Part shown: piece by piece, positions 56,281 through 64,000 of the stretch | How positions within the stretch are numbered: position 1 is the stretch's first letter | Layout: every line of letters begins with the position of its first letter | Assembly: GCA_002687735.1 (NCBI GenBank) | Contig: NZBD01000015.1 | Location: 54,499-118,498, forward strand | Direction of reading: 5' to 3' | Length of the DNA stretch: 64,000 nucleotides | DNA from: Candidatus Iainarchaeum sp. | GTDB lineage: Archaea > Iainarchaeota > Iainarchaeia > Iainarchaeales > Iainarchaeaceae | Program-made: the position numbers and the translations under genes | The notes under the pieces: generated by a model | Told to the model about the DNA's origin: nothing | The model's input: only the letters and a program-made list of their open reading frames with translations | Database searches by the model: none

Positions 56281-57771
56281 TTAGTAATAATACCTATATT
56301 CAACAGTGTATGTTACCTCTGCTTCTCCTTTTGCAGGAACATTCACATTAAACTCTATCTCACTTGAACTCTTTTTATCATATGGGAGTGAATTCTTTGT
56401 AATAGTCCAGCTTGAACCAAGATTTTCTTTAACTATAACATTAACTGCTTCATCTTTCTGGTTTTCCAGTTTAATTTTATACTCGTATTTATAGAATCCT
56501 TTTCCAAAATTTTCAGAGTTAGTTTGTGTTCTTTCTCCAGTAACATCAAATGCATTCCCCAAAAATAATTCTAATTCATCCTCTGTTTTTGTATGATCTA
56601 TTTCATCTTCTCCAACGAACTGTAATTGTCCGTCAGAATCTTTTTTGTAAACTCTCACAATTCCTTTTGGTAAAGGCATTCCTAATCCTTGTGATTCTGA
56701 ATTGTTAAATCTAAGTTTTACCTGAACTTTATTCCCATTACTTTGTCCATCATAAACAAATTCTTTCTGAGATGAAACATTATTTGCGGATAATAATGAA
56801 ATTTGTTTGGTTTCATTATTGTTAATTGTAGTTTTCCTGTCTAAAGTGTACAAATAGTATTCAAATAATGCTTCTTCCCCGAACTGTTTTGGTACAGCCG
56901 CTCCGTCAGACATTGCATATTCAAACACTTCTCTATACTGAGGACTTTCCTGTACTCTATGAATATCCCCTGCAACAAGTTTTAGTTTTGTATCAGGATA
57001 ACCTGTTCCTGAATTATTTGTTATTGTAGTCCAGCCAGTAAAATCCAATGCAGTGTCATCATCATTTACTGTTGCAATATAATCAGCCCTCCAATCAAGA
57101 CCGGTTGTTAAGTAAACGGTTTGAGTTTCTCTGTTTCCTGCCTGTTCTGCGTAAATTTTCCATACTAATGTAGGCTTTGTAAGAAGCCCTCCTGGAAGTT
57201 CTGTGAATTCTATTTTATTAGTATTTGAAAGTGCAATTATTTTTCCATCAGAATTCAATACAATTCCGTCATTAAAACTCAATAGTACGCCAGTGTATTC
57301 TTTTACTTGATCTCCTTCCACAACCTGAACCGTAATTTCCTTATCCAAATACTTTTCCAGAATTTTGTTCTTACTCACAAGGTCGTATTCGTAATTTTGT
57401 TCAACAACAAAAGAACTCGGAAAACTTAAATCCTGAAAGAAAACACTTGTGGCATCTATGCCAGATGCAATATCCTTAAACTGAACCAAATTAATTCCCT
57501 GTTCCAAAAACATCTCTCTGACATCTTTCACCAATGCAAAATCCTGATTATAAACAGTTATTTCACTGGAACCTTTTTCTCCAATATTCTGAGCAGTATC
57601 ATCAAACAACACTACCTCTGGCTTCCCAACAGCAACTTTGTAAGAAACCTCATTAACATTAAAATTTGGCTTTGCTTTTACAGTTATCTGTTCATTGCCG
57701 ATTATGCTGTTTAATCCTATAAGGCCAATAAGAAGAACTATCCCAATTCCAAATACAAGTTTTTTATCCAT
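56281..57771 (-). CDS. DUF4139-domain secreted protein
   Basis: ITVYNQDFALVKD, WRADY, PLPKG.VRVY, GED.IDHT. Confidence 0.85.
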   Translation of the reverse strand: MDKKLVFGIGIVLLIGLIGLNSIIGNEQITVKAKPNFNVNEVSYKVAVGKPEVVLFDDTAQNIGEKGSSEITVYNQDFALVKDVREMFLEQGINLVQFKDIASGIDATSVFFQDLSFPSSFVVEQNYEYDLVSKNKILEKYLDKEITVQVVEGDQVKEYTGVLLSFNDGIVLNSDGKIIALSNTNKIEFTELPGGLLTKPTLVWKIYAEQAGNRETQTVYLTTGLDWRADYIATVNDDDTALDFTGWTTITNNSGTGYPDTKLKLVAGDIHRVQESPQYREVFEYAMSDGAAVPKQFGEEALFEYYLYTLDRKTTINNNETKQISLLSANNVSSQKEFVYDGQSNGNKVQVKLRFNNSESQGLGMPLPKGIVRVYKKDSDGQLQFVGEDEIDHTKTEDELELFLGNAFDVTGERTQTNSENFGKGFYKYEYKIKLENQKDEAVNVIVKENLGSSWTITKNSLPYDKKSSSEIEFNVNVPAKGEAEVTYTVEYRYYY

Positions 57772-57837
57772 TTTTTTTCACCTGATTAACTAACTCATTT
57801 CAAATTTAAACTCTTTTCTTTTTCCTTAGGCTTTTCC

Positions 57838-58068
57838 CTAATTCTCCTCAACCAATTGGGACAACCATAAAGTAACAAACACAGCAGCTATTGTGACAAT
57901 AATTGCATATGTTAGCATCGGAAACAAAGTGTTTGGTTCGCCAAAAAATTCTATGAAAAGAGCCTGAATTGCATCATTCCATGCTAATGCTGCAACAAAC
58001 CCAAAAGCGGCAGTAGCTAAAGTCATAAGCCTTTGAAATATTCTTTTTTTCTTGGGTACTAATCGCAT
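57838..58068 (-). CDS. DUF5654 membrane protein
   Basis: TAAFGFVAALAWNDAIQ signature. Confidence 0.85.
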   Translation of the reverse strand: MRLVPKKKRIFQRLMTLATAAFGFVAALAWNDAIQALFIEFFGEPNTLFPMLTYAIIVTIAAVFVTLWLSQLVEEN

Positions 58069-58148
58069 AACTTCATTAGGAATTGTTCATATTTATTGTT
58101 TTTGGTTTTGCTGTTTCATTCTTAAACTTTTCAATACGCTCCTATATT

Positions 58149-59567
58149 ATGTGTTCGATTATAGGGATTTATTCCAAACAAGGCAGAGACGTTTCTGATT
58201 ATTTGCATACTTTAATGGATTCATTAAAACACAGAGGTCCAGAAGCTTTCGGAATTAAAACCCCCAAAGAAGAATCCAAATCCAAATCATTTAAACAATT
58301 AAAATCCCTGAAAAATCCAGTGGCTCTTGGGCATTGCTTGCTTTCGACAACAGGTTATGGTATACAGCCCATTTCAAAAGGAAATGTTTCGGTTTCCCAT
58401 AATGGCCAGATTTACAATCATAAAAAACTCGTGAAAGAAAAAAATCTTGCTTCTGATTCTGAAGCGATTGTTCATTTTTTTGCAAATGAATTAAAAAAAG
58501 GTTCTTTTGCAAATGCTTTAAAAAAATTCATGAAAAAAGCAGAAGGAGAATATTCTGTTGGTTTGCTTCATAAAAATTCTCTGTATGCTTTCCGTGATCC
58601 AATAGGATTGAAGCCATTGTGGTTTGGTTCTAATGATTCGGTTTTTGCTTTTGCTTCAGAGCCAAGTGCTTTAATGAAAATAGATATCCAGTTCCCACAG
58701 CCTCTGTTGCCGGGGCATATGTTAAAAATAACAAAAAATGGCTTTGAAATAAAAAAAGTTTTTACTGTTGAAAACTTCAGGAAAACAGTTCCAAAGAAGC
58801 ATTCAGCAGAAAATCTAAAATCTGCTTTTGATGAAACAATAGAATCACAAACAATAGGGTTGCAGAAAGCAGCTGTTCTTTTTAGTGGCGGGATTGATTC
58901 TGCTTTAATTGCAAAAGCGGTTGCCGAAAAAGTCTCTGATACAAAGCTTTTTGTTGTAGGAACCAAAAACAGCCAGGATATGGTTACCGCCAAAGAAGTT
59001 GCAAAAGAATTAGGATTGAAATTGGAACAAATTGAGCTTTCCGAGGAAAAAATAAAAAAACTCATGTTTTGTTCAATGAAAATTCTTTCTTTTTTTGATG
59101 AAATGCAAATTGGGATTGCTGTTCCTGAACTCGCTTGTGCAGAAGAAATCAAGAAACAAGGTTACAGAGTCGTTTTTTCAGGTCAAGGCTCAGATGAGGT
59201 TTTTTGTGGTTATAATAATTATATTAGGGTACTTGAGAAGAATAGTTTTTCTGCTGTTGAGGAAGAAATATGGTTTTCTATTTCTAGAATGTGGTCAAGA
59301 AATTTTTATAGGGATGATGCAATAATTGCCAGTGAATCTCTTGAGTTAAGGGTTCCGTTAGTTTCAATGCAGTTTTTGAAACAAGCAATGACTATTCCTG
59401 CAAAAGAAAAAATTAAAAATAAAGAGGATAAAATCAGAAAATGGCCTATTAGAGAAATAGCAAAACTTTACAATATTCCTGATTCTGTTGCTTTAAAACC
59501 TAAGAAAGCTCTGCAGTATGGTTCTGGTTCCCAAAAAATCGTTTCTAAAATCTTGAAAGGAAATTAA
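58149..59567 (+). CDS. asnB: Asparagine synthetase (glutamine-hydrolysing)
   Basis: N-terminal MC, HRGP, HNGQIYN, RDPIG.KPL, FSGGIDS, SGQGSDE. Confidence 0.92.
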   Translation: MCSIIGIYSKQGRDVSDYLHTLMDSLKHRGPEAFGIKTPKEESKSKSFKQLKSLKNPVALGHCLLSTTGYGIQPISKGNVSVSHNGQIYNHKKLVKEKNLASDSEAIVHFFANELKKGSFANALKKFMKKAEGEYSVGLLHKNSLYAFRDPIGLKPLWFGSNDSVFAFASEPSALMKIDIQFPQPLLPGHMLKITKNGFEIKKVFTVENFRKTVPKKHSAENLKSAFDETIESQTIGLQKAAVLFSGGIDSALIAKAVAEKVSDTKLFVVGTKNSQDMVTAKEVAKELGLKLEQIELSEEKIKKLMFCSMKILSFFDEMQIGIAVPELACAEEIKKQGYRVVFSGQGSDEVFCGYNNYIRVLEKNSFSAVEEEIWFSISRMWSRNFYRDDAIIASESLELRVPLVSMQFLKQAMTIPAKEKIKNKEDKIRKWPIREIAKLYNIPDSVALKPKKALQYGSGSQKIVSKILKGN

Positions 59568-60103
59568 ATTCCGTCCTGTTCTGTGATTCCTGAAATCCGG
59601 TCATCCACTTGGCATATTTCAATTATTTCAATTGGAGCTCCGGGGAGAGTTATATTTGTCGGAACTGCTTGCTTATAAATTTCCACATCTCTTGTTTCTG
59701 TAACCTTGAATCCTTCCACAGAAACAGAACATTCAAGAGTTCCTGTAACATTTAATTGGTGAACGATAGCTCCAGTAATTTCCGGTCCCTCTGAAAATCC
59801 ACATTCAACAAGCGATTTTATGTTAAAATTATTTATTACTTCCTGTAAATATGTTTCAATCCTTGCAATGCCTACAGGAGGAATAAAGTCACATGCTGGC
59901 GGAATTGATTCATCATAATAAGTTTTTGATGTTGCCTTATCAAGAACCCAGATTAAGTTGTTTGTTTTTACATTAACTTCTTTTGCGGCTTCCATTTTTA
60001 TGAAAGAATCATTATTAGTTGTAAGGTTTAGTGATGCGTTTGCAACAAAAATTAATATTGCGATTGCACCAACCGCTACCCATCCGGAAATAAATCCTTT
60101 CAT
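59564..60103 (-). CDS. Pilin-like protein (class III signal peptide)
   Basis: MKG|FIS followed by a hydrophobic helix; ATGA-coupled cluster. Confidence 0.7.
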   Translation of the reverse strand: MKGFISGWVAVGAIAILIFVANASLNLTTNNDSFIKMEAAKEVNVKTNNLIWVLDKATSKTYYDESIPPACDFIPPVGIARIETYLQEVINNFNIKSLVECGFSEGPEITGAIVHQLNVTGTLECSVSVEGFKVTETRDVEIYKQAVPTNITLPGAPIEIIEICQVDDRISGITEQDGI

Positions 60104-60372
60104 GTTGCCCTGCATTCTTTCACCTTGCTGTTTAGAGTATCTGCTTCATCATGCTCAAATAATTCTTTACAGTTTACTATTAATCCTTCTTCAATAGTAG
60201 CAGTTCCATCCGTATAAAAAGCAATTAATGAATTATCTGTTGCTTTTGCACTCAGTAATGACTGCTGAACTTCTCCGGTTGAGGCAATATTAGAAACCGC
60301 CAGTCCTGAAAAAAGAGCTATTATTACAACCATTGCGAGAATCGCATCCGTGCTGAATATCACTCCTTTCAT
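60100..60372 (-). CDS. Pilin-like protein (class III signal peptide)
   Basis: MKG|VIFSTD followed by a hydrophobic helix. Confidence 0.75.
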   Translation of the reverse strand: MKGVIFSTDAILAMVVIIALFSGLAVSNIASTGEVQQSLLSAKATDNSLIAFYTDGTATIEEGLIVNCKELFEHDEADTLNSKVKECRAT

Positions 60373-60929
60373 TCTTTCCACACCTTTATTGTTAATTCAT
60401 TTATTGTTGAATCGTAAGGGCAATTAGTTCCGCTTGTAATACAATTATCAAAATCATCCTTGTTGATGTTGTTTCCGCTTAAAAATTCTCTTTTAATAAC
60501 CAGAACATTTTCTGCATCTTCTGGAGCATCGTCTGAGCAATCGCCCATTATTAATGGAGCATCTGCATCATTTGTTTCATCAACAAGAGTTATGTAGCAA
60601 CCAAATGTTTCTGGTATCATTAAAAATCTTTTTTGTAATGCGCCTTGAAAATTCGGAGTATCTACACAACCCAATAATTCATAACCCTGGTCATTAAAAC
60701 TTGGGTTCCCTGAATTGCTTGGAGTACAGCTATATTCTCCGAGATAATTGTTTCCTGCATTAATTGCTATTGCTGTTAATTCATTTCTCAATCTTGCTTC
60801 TTTAATTTCATAAGCGCTTAACTCGTAAACATTCAGAAGCATTCCTATTGCTAGCACTGCTAATGTCATTGCTATTAAAAAATCAAGTGAAAATATTTGC
60901 CCTTTTGTTTTTTGTTTTTCCATAATCAT
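60369..60929 (-). CDS. Pilin-like protein (class III signal peptide)
   Basis: TKG|QIFSLDF followed by a hydrophobic helix. Confidence 0.8.
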   Translation of the reverse strand: MIMEKQKTKGQIFSLDFLIAMTLAVLAIGMLLNVYELSAYEIKEARLRNELTAIAINAGNNYLGEYSCTPSNSGNPSFNDQGYELLGCVDTPNFQGALQKRFLMIPETFGCYITLVDETNDADAPLIMGDCSDDAPEDAENVLVIKREFLSGNNINKDDFDNCITSGTNCPYDSTINELTIKVWKE

Positions 60930-61312
60930 TCCTTTGTAATTGTTATTGTATCTCCGCAATATATTGTTCCGGTAGAAGGTTCAATCTTAATTTTACTTAA
61001 ATCAAGGTCAGTATATTTGCGGTCTGTTCCTGAATCAAGATCCGTAACAGTAATATCGGCATTTGTTGAATTGCCAATATCAACTTCACACTCAATAGAA
61101 TTTGGAATAGTGTACTCCATTTCCGCTCCGTAAGCTTTTACGGATCCAACTGCACTGTAAACATCTAATAAAACAGAATCTAATGCATTTTTAGTTTTCG
61201 ATTCCTGGATTGTTACATTGAAACCTTCCATGTAAGCCTGCATCAAAAGCAGGAACAAAACCGCCGCCAATATAGCCAGCAATAGATCCATGCTTAATTG
61301 TCCTTTTTTCAT
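60926..61312 (-). CDS. Pilin-like protein (class III signal peptide)
   Basis: MKKG|QLSMD followed by a hydrophobic helix. Confidence 0.8.
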   Translation of the reverse strand: MKKGQLSMDLLLAILAAVLFLLLMQAYMEGFNVTIQESKTKNALDSVLLDVYSAVGSVKAYGAEMEYTIPNSIECEVDIGNSTNADITVTDLDSGTDRKYTDLDLSKIKIEPSTGTIYCGDTITITKE

Positions 61313-61359
61313 TGCTATTGAATATACATTCTTTTTATATAAAATTAGCGTCAGACTGC

Positions 61360-62055
61360 TTATTCTAAGTAATAATGATTTATTGCGTTCAGGTTTTCAT
61401 CTAATTCATAAACAAGAGGTTTCCCTGTAGGTATTTCAAGAGAGGGTATTTCTTCATTACTAATATTATCTAAATGCTTTACAAGTGCCCTTAGACTATT
61501 CCCATGGGCAGAAATAAGAATCTTCTTTTTTTGTTTTAATTGAGGGACAATTTCACTTTCCCAATAAGGAAGAACCCTTTCAATAGTGTCCTTAAGGCTT
61601 TCACCCATTGGTTTCTGATCTTCTCTTAACTCAGAATAAATCTCATCATAACTAGGATTGCTTTTATCATCTTTTTCAAAAAGAGGCGGCCTTACATCAA
61701 AACTTCTTCTCCAAACATGAACCTGTTCTTCCCCGTGCTTTTTTTTCATCTCATCTTTATTTAATCCGGTCAAAGCCCCATAATGTCTTTCATTAAGTCT
61801 CCAGCTTTTTTTAACAAGAACATCCAAACCCATTTCTTTCAGACACAATTCTGTTGTCCGGATTCCTCTTTTCAAATAAGAAGTGTAAACAAGATCAAAT
61901 GAATATCCTTTTTCCTTCAGTATTTTTCCTGAATTAATACATTCCTGTATTCCTTTTTCAGAAAGATCAACATCTTTCCAGCCAGTAAACCTGTTTTCCA
62001 GATTCCACTGGCTTTGACCATGCCTTAATAAAACGAGTTTTATTTTTTCCATCAA
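61360..62055 (-). CDS. gpmA: 2,3-bisphosphoglycerate-dependent phosphoglycerate mutase
   Basis: [30 protein letters not shown]. Confidence 0.96.
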   Translation of the reverse strand: MMEKIKLVLLRHGQSQWNLENRFTGWKDVDLSEKGIQECINSGKILKEKGYSFDLVYTSYLKRGIRTTELCLKEMGLDVLVKKSWRLNERHYGALTGLNKDEMKKKHGEEQVHVWRRSFDVRPPLFEKDDKSNPSYDEIYSELREDQKPMGESLKDTIERVLPYWESEIVPQLKQKKKILISAHGNSLRALVKHLDNISNEEIPSLEIPTGKPLVYELDENLNAINHYYLE

Positions 62056-62411
62056 ATCACTTTCAGTTGTTCTTGGTTTCCTTTATTATCAAAAGCTCGT
62101 ATTGTATTTAAATCGTAAGGATGGCTTATAATTATGTGTATGTTTCCGAATTTTCTGAATGCATCAAGATCTGCTTTTGAAGGATGATTATAAACTGAAG
62201 GATGGCTATGGATAGTTCCTATAATTTTTTTGTCAAACGGAATTAAATCAGACCTGAAACTTGAAAAGTTTTTTCCGTAAGTGGCCGGAACAATAACCAG
62301 TTCCTCAATAAGTTTGCTTGTTCCGCCAAGCATTGAAAAGAACTCATCAGGATAAACATTCCTTGCTGCCATTATTATTGATTCAACAACCTCTTTTTTT
62401 ATCATAAACAT
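62052..62411 (-). CDS. JAMM/MPN+ metalloprotease
   Basis: YPDE...HSHPS...PSKADL. Confidence 0.9.
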   Translation of the reverse strand: MFMIKKEVVESIIMAARNVYPDEFFSMLGGTSKLIEELVIVPATYGKNFSSFRSDLIPFDKKIIGTIHSHPSVYNHPSKADLDAFRKFGNIHIIISHPYDLNTIRAFDNKGNQEQLKVI

Positions 62412-62433
62412 AAATAGATTTCTTTTCTGTTAT

Positions 62434-63603
62434 TTAAAAACCAATTCCGAGATAAAAAAGCATTGTCGGAACCATAAGAAATGACATAACCAAGCTTCTT
62501 TTTGTTTTGCTTGCCAGACCAAATAAAGAAACACCCGTTGCACTCAAAGCCACAATTAAACCAGTTACTCCTGAAAAATGAAACACAACAAAAATCAAAA
62601 ATATTAAAATTCCCTTGCTTATGTTTTGGTAGTTCATTTTTGTAATTTTGATTGCTTTTCCCGCAACAAATTCACTAGTAATTGCAGCCAGACCAATGCT
62701 AATAACCGCTCCTGCAAGCAACACAGGAAAAATCTCCAAATCAATTTCAATAATGCTGTTTAATGCTACTGCCATTCCGGTTCTTGTTTTTCCAATAATA
62801 AAAAGCATCAGCAAACTAAACAATAAATTAGCTGTATTAACGCCGCCTATTATTGTTAAGTAACCCCGCTTACCAATGTTTGTAAAAATTTTTTTTGAAA
62901 CAAAAGCAGCCTGACTCGGGCCTATCCCGGGAAATATTGAAATTAATCCTGCAACAAAACCAGCCAGCAATGCAGTTTTCGAACTTCCTTTTCCAAAACT
63001 TTTTTTTTGTTCGGGTATTTTAGTATTTGAAAAAACCGATTGCAATAAACTCGGGATTGCGAAAAACCCTATTACTAAAGCCAGTACCGGATTTTTTATT
63101 CCTGAATTAAGGGAAATAATTCCTAACGCTGATGAAATCAATATTATAAAAAGTGCATTAGGTTTCTTTTTTTCACTGAGAAATAATAAAAGCAATGTTC
63201 CGAATAAGATTGTTGGAATTATAAGAGGCAGAGTTTCATTGTAATTGTCTGCAAAAGAAAAAAAGAATGGCATTAAAAGTAATGCGGTTATTGAAGCAAA
63301 CAATCCTCCAAAAATAGTAAGTTGTATTGCTTCAAACCCTTTTCCTTGTAATAGCATTCTGTGACCCGGAAGAATACTCAAAAAACTTTCCTCTGATGGT
63401 GCGCCTAATAATATTGTCGGGATCGCGTCAACAAATGAATGGGTGATGCTCATGGAAATTACAAACAAAGCAAACCCAAGATTTTTTTCTAAAGGAGAAT
63501 AAATTGTTATTAATGCAATTGTGTTTGCGTGTAATCCCGGAATTAATCCTGTTGCGGTTCCTGCGATAATCCCTATTAACAAAAAATTTATTTCCTCTAT
63601 CAA
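62434..63603 (-). CDS. TctA-like (DUF112) membrane protein
   Basis: TGLIPGLHAN, IPTILLGAP, LPGHRML. Confidence 0.85.
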   Translation of the reverse strand: MIEEINFLLIGIIAGTATGLIPGLHANTIALITIYSPLEKNLGFALFVISMSITHSFVDAIPTILLGAPSEESFLSILPGHRMLLQGKGFEAIQLTIFGGLFASITALLLMPFFFSFADNYNETLPLIIPTILFGTLLLLFLSEKKKPNALFIILISSALGIISLNSGIKNPVLALVIGFFAIPSLLQSVFSNTKIPEQKKSFGKGSSKTALLAGFVAGLISIFPGIGPSQAAFVSKKIFTNIGKRGYLTIIGGVNTANLLFSLLMLFIIGKTRTGMAVALNSIIEIDLEIFPVLLAGAVISIGLAAITSEFVAGKAIKITKMNYQNISKGILIFLIFVVFHFSGVTGLIVALSATGVSLFGLASKTKRSLVMSFLMVPTMLFYLGIGF

Positions 63604-63953
63604 ATTCTCTCAACTTTTTTCACTATTAATTCTAATTCGTTTTTGTAACTGCTGATTTTTGCTGTTACTTTTACTGTTTCATTTTCTTTCAGAATAAGCA
63701 TTTGTTCAGTTTTTGGCTTGAAGTAAACGGATTTTATTCTGGCTTCATTTTCTAAATAAAAGAATGCGTTTTTGTTTCGGATTTCTATTTCCTTAATGAT
63801 TCCAACAATCTTTACATTTTCTCCGATATGCTCTTGGTTTATTTCGCTTATTTTCAGGTTTTTCTCTTCAGGAAGAACCATTGCCAGAATCATTATGCCA
63901 AGTAATGCCAGTCCAAGGCCTATTATTTTAGTTTTTTGAAGATCAAACAGCAT
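63600..63953 (-). CDS. Membrane-anchored OB-fold protein
   Basis: N-terminal TM; IGENVKIVG...KVTAKI..YKNELELIV. Confidence 0.75.
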   Translation of the reverse strand: MLFDLQKTKIIGLGLALLGIMILAMVLPEEKNLKISEINQEHIGENVKIVGIIKEIEIRNKNAFFYLENEARIKSVYFKPKTEQMLILKENETVKVTAKISSYKNELELIVKKVERI

Positions 63954-64000
63954 ACTATTGTTCTAATAGAAAAAGAATAAAAATTCGTTGATTGACGAAT

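Noticed and set aside
1-64000. CRISPR array
   Set aside because: Each 21-28-bp direct repeat occurs only as a pair, the pairs differ from one another and match host sequence; no cas genes seen

Overview
AT-rich, gene-dense archaeal chromosome segment, most likely from a DPANN-type archaeon (Diapherotrites/Iainarchaeota-like; the lineage call is inference). It is mostly housekeeping: translation and ribosome genes (srp54, ftsY, aIF6, LX, L31e, L39e, S19e, S17e, EF1B, pelota, ABCE1, pth2), DNA repair (radA, RPA, SSB, hjc, nurA-herA, rad50), tRNA maturation (pus10, cca, taw3, elp3, rpp21), four tRNAs, redox and metabolic genes, type IV pilus parts and a free-standing LAGLIDADG gene. I found no CRISPR array, integrase or transposase. 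The most interesting signals are non-coding. (1) A family of 60-115-nt hairpin-rich inserts. Four carry a CCACAG-N6-CTGTGG hairpin, and three of those, plus a fifth insert without it, are flanked by 21-28-bp duplications of a host gene end, gene start, promoter or tRNA end. (2) A 13-bp motif, TCGCACCGGCAAC, 14-17 nt upstream of TATA-like boxes of radA, nurA-herA, an inactivated PolB, the LAGLIDADG gene and a DUF5678-protease pair, suggesting a DNA-damage regulon. (3) Three repeats whose inverted and mirror arms co-vary, as expected for an intramolecular triple helix; two lie directly 5' of tRNA genes. Several small ORFs missing from the ORF track were also found. All calls come from reading the sequence by eye; no searches were run.
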